From an uncultured Verrucomicrobiae bacterium (lineage in GTDB: Bacteria > Verrucomicrobiota > Verrucomicrobiia > Chthoniobacterales > Chthoniobacteraceae): a DNA stretch of 64,000 nt. Both the position numbers and the translations under genes were made by a program. Below, piece by piece: positions 40,229-50,423 of this stretch. Position 1 is the first letter of the stretch. Every line of letters begins with the position of its first letter. The stretch lies in assembly GCA_963828525.1 (NCBI GenBank), contig CAWHEP010000005.1, positions 157,079-221,078 of the forward strand, written 5' to 3'. Under the pieces are notes generated by a model. That model was given only the letters and a program-made list of their open reading frames with translations, had not been told where the DNA came from and searched no databases.

Positions 40229-41152
40229 ATGAAAGATAAAACAGTATTCGTCGCTGGGCATCGTGGTTTGGTGGGCAGCGGAGTCGTGCGTGCCTTGGAA
40301 GCCGCAGGCTTCCAAAACGTCATCACCCGCGCGCGGCAGGAACTGGATCTCATGGATTCTCAGGCAGTCCGGCATTTCTTCATGGAAACCCGCCCGCAAA
40401 TCGTGGTGGACGCCGCCGCGAAGGTGGGAGGCATCAAGGCAAACAACGATATGCCTGTCGAGTTTCTGCTCGATAACATGAAGATCCAGAACAACATTAT
40501 CGAGTCAGCGCACGCTGCCAAAGTCGAAAAACTGCTCTTTCTTGGCAGCTCTTGCATTTATCCCAAGCTCGCGCCCCAGCCGATCCAGGAGTCGTCGCTG
40601 CTCTCTGGCCTCCTCGAACCCACAAACGAAGCGTACGCCATTGCGAAGATTTCCGGCATCAAGCTTTGCCAGGCCTATGCCCGCGAGTATGGAGACGTCT
40701 TCATCAGCGCCATGCCTACAAACCTGTATGGTCCGGGTGATAACTTCGACCTGAACAGTTCCCACGTTCTCCCCGCTCTCCTTCGCAAGATCCATGAGGC
40801 AAAGCGGGACGGAGTGAGTGAGGTGGTCGTCTGGGGCACCGGCTCCCCCCGGCGCGAGTTTCTCCATGTGGATGATCTTGCCGCCGCCTGCTGCTTCCTC
40901 CTGGAAAAATACACCTCCCCGGAAATTGTGAACATTGGCTGCGGCGAAGATGTCACCATATTGGAATTGGCTGAAATGATTTGCGAGATCGTCGGTTTCA
41001 AAGGCACCCTCACCTTTGATAAGACGAAGCCCGACGGAACACCCAGGAAGCTCCTCTCCATCGACAAGATTCGCGGACTTGGCTGGGCGCCCGCCATCCC
41101 TCTCCGTCAGGGCATCGCGAGCACCTACGAATGGTACCTGGCGCGTCAGTAG
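40229..41152 (+). CDS. fcl: GDP-L-fucose synthase
   Basis: GHRGLVG, LGSSCIYP, YAIAK, MPTNLYG. Confidence 0.96.
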   Translation: MKDKTVFVAGHRGLVGSGVVRALEAAGFQNVITRARQELDLMDSQAVRHFFMETRPQIVVDAAAKVGGIKANNDMPVEFLLDNMKIQNNIIESAHAAKVEKLLFLGSSCIYPKLAPQPIQESSLLSGLLEPTNEAYAIAKISGIKLCQAYAREYGDVFISAMPTNLYGPGDNFDLNSSHVLPALLRKIHEAKRDGVSEVVVWGTGSPRREFLHVDDLAAACCFLLEKYTSPEIVNIGCGEDVTILELAEMICEIVGFKGTLTFDKTKPDGTPRKLLSIDKIRGLGWAPAIPLRQGIASTYEWYLARQ

Positions 41153-41215
41153 CGCGCTGCCGCTGAAGCGGCGCCTCCATGGCATCAGACGTGCTCCCTC
41201 CAAGGGCTACGCGCT

Positions 41216-42598
41216 ATGCCTGCCGACCTTATTAGTTTCGTAATCCCGGTCAGGGATGAAAAATCCACGCTTCGCGAAGTCTTCGAGCAGATTTCGACTC
41301 AGATGCGCGACCTTGCGCGGAAGTTCGAGGTCATATTCGTGGATGACGCGAGCAGTGACGGAAGCTGGGAGGCCATCCAGAATCTTTCGGAGGAACATCC
41401 CGGCAGCGTCGTCGCATTTCGTTTCCTTAAGCACTGTGGTAAAGCGGATGCCCTCGCCACTGGCTTGCGCGCCGCTCGGGGCAGCCTCGTTTTCACCATG
41501 GATGGCGATGCCCAGAATGACCCGGCGGACATACCGCTCTTCCTGGCAAAGATCGACATGGGCTTCGATATGGTTTGCGGCTGGCGACTTTCTCGCGTCG
41601 AGCCGTGGCATCGCGCGCTGGCGGGCGCCGTGGTTAACAGGATGCTCAGTTCACTCTGCGGCACTTCTTTGCACGATCATCAATGCGGGTTCAAATGCTA
41701 CCGCTCCAAAGTCCTTGGCAGCCTTCCGTTACAAGGCGAGATGCGCCGCGTTCTGCCGTCCCTTGCAAGCGCGAAAGGTTTTAAATCCGCGGAGATCGTC
41801 ATCACGCATCACCCCCGTCGCTTTCGACGCACGGAGCACTGCTTGAAGGAGTCCTGGCGGTGGTTCAAGGAAATGATGGGTGTTTATTTCCTCGATCACT
41901 TCCGTGAACGCCCTCTGCATTTGTGTGGTGGCTTGGCTGTTGCGTCTTTCTTGATGGCCGTGGCGATAATGGCTGGCTCCGCGGTGCCGGGTCTCAATCC
42001 CAGGGTCGCGCTGGCAATGGCGGTCGCCGCGATCACGCTTGCAACATGCACTCTGCCCCTGTTGGCAGTCGGATTCATCGGCGACATTGTGGTGCGCCGG
42101 TTCGGAAGGGAATCCACCGCCGTCATAGCTGAGAAACTCGAAGCGGCGCCTCGGCTTATCCCGCAAGACAGCGAAGGCAAGATCATCCCTCTGCCTCCGC
42201 AGACTAAACCACTCATCCTTGTCGCTGAGGATGAGAAGCAGATGCGGGAACTCCTCAGGCTGCAGCTTGAAAGCGCCGGCTTCGATGTGGAGGAGGCAGC
42301 GGACGGCGAGGAAGCCATGGCTAAGATACACGAGGGCATCGGCGTCGTATTGCTGGATCTTGCCATGCCAGGGAAGACCGGCATTGAATGCCTCACCCTT
42401 ATGCGGAAACGCTACGCCGACGTGCGCATCGTCATCGTCTCTGGAAACGACGAAGTCTCCACTGCCGTCCGCACGATGAAACTGGGAGCCTTCGACTATC
42501 TCACCAAGCCTTTCGCCGCCAACAGGCTTATCGATACTGTGAAGCGGGCTCTCGCGCTGCGTGGTTTGACGGCGGGCTTGTTGGAAGAAACCGCGTAG
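41216..42598 (+). CDS. family 2 glycosyltransferase (ArnC/DPM-like) fused to a C-terminal receiver domain
   Basis: VDDASSDGS, MDGDAQNDP, 2 TM, then LVAEDE, LLDLAMP, YLTKPF. Confidence 0.85.
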   Translation: MPADLISFVIPVRDEKSTLREVFEQISTQMRDLARKFEVIFVDDASSDGSWEAIQNLSEEHPGSVVAFRFLKHCGKADALATGLRAARGSLVFTMDGDAQNDPADIPLFLAKIDMGFDMVCGWRLSRVEPWHRALAGAVVNRMLSSLCGTSLHDHQCGFKCYRSKVLGSLPLQGEMRRVLPSLASAKGFKSAEIVITHHPRRFRRTEHCLKESWRWFKEMMGVYFLDHFRERPLHLCGGLAVASFLMAVAIMAGSAVPGLNPRVALAMAVAAITLATCTLPLLAVGFIGDIVVRRFGRESTAVIAEKLEAAPRLIPQDSEGKIIPLPPQTKPLILVAEDEKQMRELLRLQLESAGFDVEEAADGEEAMAKIHEGIGVVLLDLAMPGKTGIECLTLMRKRYADVRIVIVSGNDEVSTAVRTMKLGAFDYLTKPFAANRLIDTVKRALALRGLTAGLLEETA

Positions 42599-42699
42599 GC
42601 GGGATGCTTCCGCGGCCTCCTCTGCGTCTTCGTCTAATTAGGCCGATGGCGCGCCGGTAATCCCTTCTCTCCACCGCATTCTTCTGATACTCCTCCGCG

Positions 42700-43440
42700 A
42701 TGCCCAGACACGATAATCGCGCCGCCGATCAACTCCGGCCTTTGCACTTCACGCCGGGTATCGCCCCGCACGCTACCGGTTCGGTGCTCATCGCCACGGG
42801 GAATACACGAGTCATTTGCTGCGCCATGATTGAGCAGACTGTCCCGCGGTGGATGAAAGAGCAGCAGGTCTCGGGTGGCTGGCTCACTGCCGAGTATTCC
42901 ATGCTCCCTTACTCGACTGTGGGCCGCAAGCAGAGGGATATCGCGAAAGGCCGGCTGGATGGGCGAACCGTCGAGATTCAGCGGCTCATTGGCCGCTCTC
43001 TTCGGGCCGTTATTGATCTCGATCTGCTCGGGCCGCGAACCCTTTGTGTGGATTGCGATGTCCTGCAAGCGGATGGAGGCACCCGCACGGCGTCCATCAC
43101 TGGCGCGTGCGTGGCGGTTGCGCTTGCATGTGAGACGCTTCTGAAAAATGGGCTCCTCAGTAAATCACCCGTCAAAAATTTTGTTGCTGCGGTGAGTGCC
43201 GGCGTCGTCGACGGGGTGCCTCTCCTCGATTTGGATTATGAAGAGGATCGCGCTGCCAGCGTTGATCTCAATGTTGTTCTAACGGAAGAGGGCCAGTTCG
43301 TGGAGGTGCAAGGTTCCGGCGAGGAAGCAACCTTCTCCGATCAGGAGTTTGCCTCTCTCGTGAGCTTGGGCAAATCAGGTATTGCGACTCTCGTGACTGA
43401 GCAGAAACGTCTCCTTTCGAGCATGGGTGTGACGGTCTGA
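42700..43440 (+). CDS. rph: ribonuclease PH
   Basis: EIQRLIGRSLR, DVLQADGGTRTASITG. Confidence 0.97.
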   Translation: MPRHDNRAADQLRPLHFTPGIAPHATGSVLIATGNTRVICCAMIEQTVPRWMKEQQVSGGWLTAEYSMLPYSTVGRKQRDIAKGRLDGRTVEIQRLIGRSLRAVIDLDLLGPRTLCVDCDVLQADGGTRTASITGACVAVALACETLLKNGLLSKSPVKNFVAAVSAGVVDGVPLLDLDYEEDRAASVDLNVVLTEEGQFVEVQGSGEEATFSDQEFASLVSLGKSGIATLVTEQKRLLSSMGVTV

Positions 43441-43662
43441 CGCAACCGCGCTGCTGGTAAGGAATATAGCAGTGGCTTCCACTTGGGGCGCCATGGCATC
43501 AGCAGGCACGGATTAAGCTGAAGCTCTGTACATCAGAGATGCCCGCCTACCTCGGTTGACTCATTCCCGCTACGGAAGTAATCTAGCGTTGTTACACAAT
43601 CGTCTCTTGGACATCGCTGAAAGCGCGTTGCCGCCGCCGCAACGGAGCGCGCCCAGCCTGTC

Positions 43663-45183
43663 GTGGCACTCTCATCATTCTCTGTTGGCGGATGGCTGGC
43701 ATGCGTGCCTGCGTCCGAACGCTTCTGCCTCGCGCATACATTTGTGTTTAACCCCCGAAAAGCCTCGCTCGACCAAGGGAAACTTGGAGCTCCGGTAAGC
43801 CGCCGTCGATTTTTGATGCAGGCCGGCTGTCTCGGCGGCTCGTATCTCCTCAGGCCGACAATCTCCAAAGCGGTCTCGAGTATGGCCGCCATGGATCATC
43901 GCGACTCCCTTCTGGTGGATATGGAACGCTGCGGCGTTCGCTATTTCGTGGATGCCGCCGACCCGCGCACCGGCCTTGTGTCGGATAGCGCTTACGCCGA
44001 CGGCACAGCCGTCAGTAACATCGCCAGCTCCGCCGCCACAGGTTTCGGTCTCACGGCCCTCTGCATCGGTGTCCAGCAAGGATGGATCCAGCAGGAAGCC
44101 GCCGCCGCGCAGGTTCGCCGCGCGTTGGGGTCGCTCTTGAACGTGGCGCAGACTGAGCACGGCTTCTACTACCACTTCATGGACAAGGCGACATGTCAGC
44201 GCGCCTGGCAATGCGAACTTTCGTTCATTGATACGGCATTGCTAATGGCGGGCGTCCTCACCGCTCGCGCTTTCTTTGAAGATCGAGACATCAAGGCCTC
44301 TGCCACTGAAATTTACGAACGGGTGGACTGGCCGTGGAGCTTGAACGGCGGTGTAAGTTCCTCGATGGGCTGGTCTCCGGAGGGGGGCTTTATGCTCCAG
44401 AGGTGGAACCAATACTGCGAATTGATGGTGCTTTACTTGCTCGGCTTGGGCTCGCCTTCCCACCCGCTCGACCCCAAATGCTGGCAGGCATGGCAGCGTG
44501 ACCCGCTCATTGAATACCGCGGCAAGCATTTCATCGCGTCTCCGCCGCTATTCACACATCAGTATTCGCAGGCGTGGTTTGATTTCCGCGGGCGTTCGGA
44601 TGCCTACGCCGATTACTGGATCAATTCAGTCCTCGCCACCGAGGCCAACCGGGAATTTTGCATGGATCAGGGCAAGCAATACCCTACGTATAGTGAGACA
44701 ATGTGGGGAGCCACCGCCTCCAACCTCGTCGGCGGGTATAATGCATGGGGCGGTCCCCCGCAGTCGGAGTTTTACCCTAAACCCGATGGCACCGTGGTTC
44801 CTTGCGCCGTTGCCGGTTCCCTGCCGTTCGATCCGGCCAATTGCACGGTCACCCTGCAAAATATGCGGGAGCGCTTTGGAGCCAAAATCTGGGGGCCGTA
44901 TGGTTTCTGCGACGCGTTCAATCCCATGACCGGATGGAGTGCTCCCAACGTCATAGGCATAGACGTAGGCATCAGCGTCATTATGGCTGAGAACCTTCGC
45001 AGCGGTTCTGTTTGGAATTGGTTTATGGCAAATCCGGAGGCCGGTATAGCAATGCGGCGCGCCGGCTTCGGACCAAGTCCATTCCAGACGGGGAGCCGCA
45101 CCAGCCTTATTGCCGATCTCCCCGTGAAACAGCCCTCATCTACTTCGCTCCAGGAGCCGCCTGCTCTCAATGCCGCGCGCTAG
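43663..45183 (+). CDS. glucoamylase-like / GH144-like glycoside hydrolase with Tat signal (start uncertain)
   Basis: SRRRFL, AATGFGL, GFYYHF, LFTHQYS, YGFCDAFN, GIDVG. Confidence 0.8.
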   Translation: MALSSFSVGGWLACVPASERFCLAHTFVFNPRKASLDQGKLGAPVSRRRFLMQAGCLGGSYLLRPTISKAVSSMAAMDHRDSLLVDMERCGVRYFVDAADPRTGLVSDSAYADGTAVSNIASSAATGFGLTALCIGVQQGWIQQEAAAAQVRRALGSLLNVAQTEHGFYYHFMDKATCQRAWQCELSFIDTALLMAGVLTARAFFEDRDIKASATEIYERVDWPWSLNGGVSSSMGWSPEGGFMLQRWNQYCELMVLYLLGLGSPSHPLDPKCWQAWQRDPLIEYRGKHFIASPPLFTHQYSQAWFDFRGRSDAYADYWINSVLATEANREFCMDQGKQYPTYSETMWGATASNLVGGYNAWGGPPQSEFYPKPDGTVVPCAVAGSLPFDPANCTVTLQNMRERFGAKIWGPYGFCDAFNPMTGWSAPNVIGIDVGISVIMAENLRSGSVWNWFMANPEAGIAMRRAGFGPSPFQTGSRTSLIADLPVKQPSSTSLQEPPALNAAR

Positions 45184-45186
45184 TTG

Positions 45187-45675
45187 CTAGGACGAAGAAT
45201 GCATATCCGGCAGAGCCTTCTCCGCGTCCTCTTTGCGGTTCGGCGCGAATAGCTTCGCGAACACCCGCTTCGGGATGCTCCGTCCTGATTCTTCCTCGCC
45301 CAGTTCCTCCAGCGCGGAACTCTTCGCGTTCTCCCACGCCGGCGCGAAACCTGGCACCGACACCAGCATCCTTTTCTCGGCCCGCGCGTAGATCTCGATG
45401 TCGCGCAGCACCTTCCGGTCCGGCGTCTCGTTCAGCGCTGCTACTTTTACCCGGAGATTCTCGTTCTCCTTGCGCAGACTCTCCTGCTCCTGACGCATCC
45501 GCTTGATCGACTCCGCCTCGATCTCCAGCTTGTCGCTCAGATGTCGCTTGTATCGCTTCATCTCGGAGCCAAGCTGGAGGTAACGATAGAAAACGATCGC
45601 GGCGAAGATCAACCCGAGGCCCGCGCCCCAAGTAAAAGGCTGGGCCAGAATTTGGTGCAAGGTGTTGGAGTTCAC
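45187..45675 (-). CDS. hypothetical membrane-anchored coiled-coil protein
   Basis: N-terminal TM; overlaps the panD stop. Confidence 0.65.
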   Translation of the reverse strand: MNSNTLHQILAQPFTWGAGLGLIFAAIVFYRYLQLGSEMKRYKRHLSDKLEIEAESIKRMRQEQESLRKENENLRVKVAALNETPDRKVLRDIEIYARAEKRMLVSVPGFAPAWENAKSSALEELGEEESGRSIPKRVFAKLFAPNRKEDAEKALPDMHSSS

Positions 45676-46064
45676 GGAATTGTCACTTTCTTCATGTCTG
45701 AATAACTCGCTTCGGCGCGCACAACCTCGTTGTTTTCGTTCATCACGATTACGCGCGGCCGATGTTGGGCTGCCTCTTCCGGAGAATACGAAGCGAAATT
45801 CATGATCGTGATCCGGTCGCCGATCTTCCCGAGATGGGCCGTTGCCCCGTTCAACTGCACCTGGCCTTCTCCCCGCTCGCCGTAGATCACGTAAGTCTCG
45901 AACCGCTCTCCGTTGGCCATGTTTCCCACCAGGATTTTCTCGTATGGCAGCAATCCAACCCGTTCAGCCAGATCAGCCGAGATGGTCATGCTCCCTTCGT
46001 AGTCCAGGCTTGCCCCTGTTACGGCAGCCCGGTGAATCTTGGACTTCAGCAGTGTCAAATTCAT
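45672..46064 (-). CDS. panD: aspartate 1-decarboxylase
   Basis: KSKIHRA, YEGS, RFETY, NGA. Confidence 0.96.
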   Translation of the reverse strand: MNLTLLKSKIHRAAVTGASLDYEGSMTISADLAERVGLLPYEKILVGNMANGERFETYVIYGERGEGQVQLNGATAHLGKIGDRITIMNFASYSPEEAAQHRPRVIVMNENNEVVRAEASYSDMKKVTIP

Positions 46065-46139
46065 GTAAACGTTTCCGGCGAAATATACATGCGCTGCAAG
46101 TGAAGTCTCGCCATTTTACAACACCGCGCTCTCCTCTTA

Positions 46140-47264
46140 GTGTCTCAGCAGGAACTTTCCCGAATGTCTTTCGCTGTTCATTCATCTTCGGTTGTCTCTC
46201 GCTTCGCGACCTTGCTGCGCCCTGTCTCCGATGCGCGGCTCGAAGAGATGGCGCATGCCGCTCAAGCGCTCACCCGCGCCCATTTTGGCAAAGCCATGCG
46301 GCTCTTTGCCCCCCTCTACCTTTCCAACGAATGCATCAACTCCTGTCAGTATTGTGGCTTCTCCCGCGAAAATGCCATCCTGCGCGTCACCCTCGAGATT
46401 GATCAGGTTCTTCGCGAAGCCCGGCATCTTTGCAAGGAAGGCTTTCGCAACATCCTCCTCGTTGCTGGCGAACATCCGAAGTTTGTTTCCAGCGGCTACC
46501 TGGAACGCTGCGTAGCTGCCCTTGCCGCCGAAGTGCCTGCCATCTCGCTGGAAGTCGGGCCCATGGAAACGGCCGACTATATTCCTCTCGTCCGGGCGGG
46601 CGCTGAAGGCTTGGTGGTGTACCAGGAGACATACCACCGCGCTACATATGCCCAACTGCACGTCTCTGGCCCGAAGCGGGATTTCGACTGGCGGCTGGCG
46701 TGTCCGGAACGCGCCTGCGCTGCCGGATTTCGCCGGATTGGGATCGGCGCTCTCTTTGGTCTGTGGGAATGGGAGCAGGAAGCACTCTCTCTCGCCGCGC
46801 ATCTGGACTCTTTGCTTAAGAAATGCTGGAAAGCCCAATTTACGGTCAGCCTTCCCCGGTTGCGTCCCGCAGCAGGCGGCTTTCAACCCCGGTTCGCCCT
46901 TCCAGACCGCGAATACGTGCAACTTATATGCGCCCTCCGACTCACCTTTCCCGAGGTGGGCATCGTCCTTAGCACGCGGGAACCAGCCGCGCTGCGTGAC
47001 CAGCTCATCACTTTTGGCGTCACCATGATGAGTGCCGGCAGCCACACCGAACCCGGCGGCTACACAGGGCAGGGCAGGGATTCCCTCCATCTCACAGTCC
47101 GTGGAAAGCAGATACCCCAAACAAGCGCCCCTCCCGATGCATTGGCCGAAGAGCAGTTCGAGATTGCCGACACCCGCTCTCCGCGTACGGTCGCCGCGAT
47201 GCTTCGCCGACGGGGTTTGGAGCCCGTCTGGAAGGATTGGGATCAGGCAATACTTTGCAAGTAA
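46140..47264 (+). CDS. thiH: 2-iminoacetate synthase
   Basis: PLYLSNECINSCQYCGF, YQETY, LSTRE, QFEIAD. Confidence 0.93.
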   Translation: MSQQELSRMSFAVHSSSVVSRFATLLRPVSDARLEEMAHAAQALTRAHFGKAMRLFAPLYLSNECINSCQYCGFSRENAILRVTLEIDQVLREARHLCKEGFRNILLVAGEHPKFVSSGYLERCVAALAAEVPAISLEVGPMETADYIPLVRAGAEGLVVYQETYHRATYAQLHVSGPKRDFDWRLACPERACAAGFRRIGIGALFGLWEWEQEALSLAAHLDSLLKKCWKAQFTVSLPRLRPAAGGFQPRFALPDREYVQLICALRLTFPEVGIVLSTREPAALRDQLITFGVTMMSAGSHTEPGGYTGQGRDSLHLTVRGKQIPQTSAPPDALAEEQFEIADTRSPRTVAAMLRRRGLEPVWKDWDQAILCK

Positions 47265-47477
47265 ATGAGCGACGCTAGTGTGGCCCTATGGGTGAATGGC
47301 GAGAGGCGTGACACCACTGCAGCCGACGTCGCCTCTCTGGTCGAGACCCTCCGCCTGCCTCCTCAAACACTCCTCGTCGAGCACAACGGAACAGCCCTTC
47401 TCCGCGATGAGTGGGCCGCAACCTCTCTCCGTGCCGGCGACCGCCTGGAGTTGGTCCGCTTCGTAGCCGGGGGCTAG
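47265..47477 (+). CDS. thiS: sulfur carrier protein
   Basis: VNGE, VEHNG, C-terminal GG. Confidence 0.93.
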   Translation: MSDASVALWVNGERRDTTAADVASLVETLRLPPQTLLVEHNGTALLRDEWAATSLRAGDRLELVRFVAGG

Positions 47478-47540
47478 AACCCTCAGCGTATTGAGCGCGC
47501 CAAAGAGCGACTGGCATCCGCAGCAACACGCCCGCAGGCG

Positions 47541-48209
47541 CTATTCCGCCAAAGCCGACGCCACAGCTCTCCACCCCACCGAGCTAAGAACCATCAAAGG
47601 GTGAGCAGGCAGCCAGAGCACGACCTCTTTTCCAATCCCAAGCCGGGAACTAGTGGCGGGAACTATCATCAGATCCAGCGGCGTCCAGATTGTGGTGAAA
47701 TCAAGCTTCCCGAGCGACGCCGCGTCCTTGTTTAGATCCGCCAGGAACGCGCTGCCCGGTCTCATCTGTCGGCAGCCAGGTCGACCGCTCGCGTAACCGG
47801 TGAGCGTTCCATGATGCGGCGATGCGATGGTGATGAGCTTTCGCGTCCTCTGCATGCCGCCGAGTCTTTGGGCGTAGTAGCGACAGATCAGCCCCCCCAT
47901 GCTGAACCCCACCAAATCAACTTCCTGGCTCTTTGCAACGCGCGCTTCGATGTAGGTCTCAAGTTGCGCGGCAAGTTCTTCCAATCTCACCGCGCCATTG
48001 CTCGGCGACAGCGTCGGCGTGAATACCGTCCATCCGGCTGCCCGCAGGAAGCTCGCCATCTTCTGGAGTTTAACGGCTGTATCCAGATAGCCATGCACAA
48101 GCACCACGGGACACTTCGGCTTGGACCGGGGCGTCCCGGCAAAAGCTGTTGAGGATGGGAGAGACAAGAGGAGGAGCCAAAGCAGCAGCGAAGCCAGCGC
48201 CAGCTTCAC
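47541..48209 (-). CDS. lipase family alpha/beta hydrolase
   Basis: VLVHG, GFSMGG, SPHHGT. Confidence 0.88.
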   Translation of the reverse strand: MKLALASLLLWLLLLSLPSSTAFAGTPRSKPKCPVVLVHGYLDTAVKLQKMASFLRAAGWTVFTPTLSPSNGAVRLEELAAQLETYIEARVAKSQEVDLVGFSMGGLICRYYAQRLGGMQRTRKLITIASPHHGTLTGYASGRPGCRQMRPGSAFLADLNKDAASLGKLDFTTIWTPLDLMIVPATSSRLGIGKEVVLWLPAHPLMVLSSVGWRAVASALAE

Positions 48210-49654
48210 GCGCGCGCCATCGCCCGGTCTTCGAAACGGGTAAACTCCTTCAAAAACGTGAGCGGCACCTCGCCAATAGGCCCGTTTCGCTGCTTGGCGA
48301 TGATCAACTCCGCTTCGCCAGCCTTCTCCTTGCGCTCTTCCTCGTCTTCTTCATAGACCTCCGCCCTCACCAGCAACGCGACCACGTCGGCATCTTGCTC
48401 AATGGAACCCGATTCCCTCAAATCGCTCAGACGGGGCTTGCCTCCTGATCGCGCTTCCGGTTGCCGATTCAATTGGGCCAGCACCAGGATGGGTATTTTT
48501 AGTTCCTTCGCCAGGCCTTTTACCCCGGATGAAATCTCCGCTATTTCCAACTGTCTGTTATCCTGCGCGCGCTTTGACGTGGACTTCAGTAGTTGCAGGT
48601 AATCAATGACGACGAGCTTGATGTCATTTTGCGATGCAAATCGGCGCGCCTTTGCTCTTAACTCCAAAATGCTGAGTCCTGCCGTGTCATCGATGTAAAT
48701 CTTGCTGTCCGCCAGCTTGGAGGCGGCGGTCGTGAGATTTCGGAAATCGCCTTCCGCAAGGAATCCGTCCCGCACCTTCGACAGGTTGACCTTTGCGCGT
48801 GAGCACAGGAGGCGTTGCACCAGTTGATTGGTGCTCATTTCAAGGCTGAACACCGCTACCGGATGCTTTCCGATCAACGCCACGTGCTCTACAATGTTCA
48901 TTGCCAGCGCTGTCTTTCCCATGCTCGGCCGCGCGGCGATGACAATCATCTCCGCCGGATGCAACCCGTCCGTCATCTGATCCAGCTTCGTAAAGCCCGT
49001 TGCCAGGCCTGTGATTCCCCCCTTCCGCTCATACAGCTTCTCGATGGAGTCGAGCGCGTTCATCACCTCAACCCTTAACTCAGGGGTGCTCGATCGGAAG
49101 CGATCCTTCGCGATGGCGAACACTTCCTGCTCCACCCGGTCTAGGAGGTCATGCACCTCTTCCTGTTCATCATACGATCGGGCGGCGTATTCTGTGCATG
49201 TATTGATGATCCTCCGGAGGGTTTGTTTCTCCTGGATGATCTCGATGTAATAGGCCGCGTTTGTCGCCGTCGGAACGAATGTGAATAACTGCGTTAAAAA
49301 CGCCGATCCGCCTACCTGATCCAGAAGATTCCGATCCCTGAGCACCTGCGTCAGAATCACAAAGTCCGCCGGCTTGTTAGCATCCCACAGCTCGCGAAGG
49401 ATCGCGAATATGGTCGCGTGCGCGGGAATATGGAAGGAATCGGCCTCGATGTTCTTCTCAACGCACAAACCCATCACCTCTTTGGGTGAGAGGAGGATCG
49501 AGCTTAAAACGCCTTGTTCAGCGTCAGGGCTTTGTGGGAGTAACCTGTGAACATCTGGTAAGTAAGTGACGTTCCCTCGAAGGTTCCCATCCTTCCGTTC
49601 CCCGTTCTTTTTATCGGGCTTGGCAGACGCGCTACCTGAAGCCTCGCGAGCCAT
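48206..49654 (-). CDS. dnaB: replicative DNA helicase
   Basis: AARPSMGKT, IDYLQL, DLRESGSIEQDAD, KQRNG. Confidence 0.97.
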   Translation of the reverse strand: MAREASGSASAKPDKKNGERKDGNLRGNVTYLPDVHRLLPQSPDAEQGVLSSILLSPKEVMGLCVEKNIEADSFHIPAHATIFAILRELWDANKPADFVILTQVLRDRNLLDQVGGSAFLTQLFTFVPTATNAAYYIEIIQEKQTLRRIINTCTEYAARSYDEQEEVHDLLDRVEQEVFAIAKDRFRSSTPELRVEVMNALDSIEKLYERKGGITGLATGFTKLDQMTDGLHPAEMIVIAARPSMGKTALAMNIVEHVALIGKHPVAVFSLEMSTNQLVQRLLCSRAKVNLSKVRDGFLAEGDFRNLTTAASKLADSKIYIDDTAGLSILELRAKARRFASQNDIKLVVIDYLQLLKSTSKRAQDNRQLEIAEISSGVKGLAKELKIPILVLAQLNRQPEARSGGKPRLSDLRESGSIEQDADVVALLVRAEVYEEDEEERKEKAGEAELIIAKQRNGPIGEVPLTFLKEFTRFEDRAMARA

Positions 49655-49659
49655 CTATC

Positions 49660-50208
49660 CTATTTTGCGTGACGCGCCTTCGGCTTCGCCTTGAAGCTCT
49701 GGTCGCCGCTCGCCCCCGGGGCGTCCGTTTCCTGTTTCGCTTCCGCCTCCGCCCTGGATTTTACCGTGAGGTTCAGCTTCGCCGTAACGTCGGAATGCAG
49801 CTTTATCGGCACTTCATGCGCGCCTGTTTCTTTGATCGGGCGCTCCAGCACGATCGTGGAGCGGTCAAATTCCGCGCCGCCCAGTTCTGACTGTATGCGC
49901 TCGGCAATATCCTTGGACGTGATGGAACCGAAAGCCTTTCCGCTTTCGCCAGTCTCCAGCAGCATGGTGATCTTCAGCTTGTTGATTTTTCGGGCGATCT
50001 CTTCCGCGTCGTTTAGTTCCTTTGCTTCACGCTCTGCCCGCTTCGCCTTCAGGTGATTCAGCTTCCGCATCGTCACAGGCGTCACTTCATATGCCTTCCC
50101 GTGCGGAATCAGAAAATTTCGCGCGTATCCCGCTTTCACCTTTACCACATCGGCCTCAGCGCCGAGTCCCGGAATGTTTTCGATGAGGATGATTTCAGAA
50201 TTTGCCAT
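49660..50208 (-). CDS. rplI: 50S ribosomal protein L9
   Basis: VKVKAGYARNFLIP, FGSIT. Confidence 0.96.
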   Translation of the reverse strand: MANSEIILIENIPGLGAEADVVKVKAGYARNFLIPHGKAYEVTPVTMRKLNHLKAKRAEREAKELNDAEEIARKINKLKITMLLETGESGKAFGSITSKDIAERIQSELGGAEFDRSTIVLERPIKETGAHEVPIKLHSDVTAKLNLTVKSRAEAEAKQETDAPGASGDQSFKAKPKARHAK

Positions 50209-50234
50209 AAAGTTCGCCTGCGTTTGGGGGGGAA

Positions 50235-50263
50235 TGCATAGCCTTCTCCGGCTCTCCTGTCAA
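50235..50263 (-). promoter_or_regulatory. possible sigma70 promoter for rplI-dnaB
   Basis: TTGACA-N17-TATGCA upstream of rplI; the -10 is weak. Confidence 0.4.
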
Positions 50264-50279
50264 CTGCCTTCCCGCGACA

Positions 50280-50423
50280 GGAGGCATCCACTGGCTGGCT
50301 CCTCACGCAGACGCCATGGCGCAACTTCGCGTGCTGCGTGTCAACGGAGCCTGGAACTCCTTCTGGCCTCTCCGCAAGGCCGCCTGACCGTGGCACCACT
50401 TTCAATCACACCCGGCATCCTCC
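50280..50423 (-). ncRNA. candidate structured RNA, raiA-motif-like
   Basis: closing stem GGAGG/CCTCC, two internal hairpins, GTGATTGAAAGT..GCCA..CAGGC..AGAAG segments. Confidence 0.5.

Noticed and set aside
43441..43662. Intergenic region checked for tRNA or riboswitch
   Set aside because: No cloverleaf or recognisable aptamer; no tRNA or rRNA was recognised anywhere in the window.
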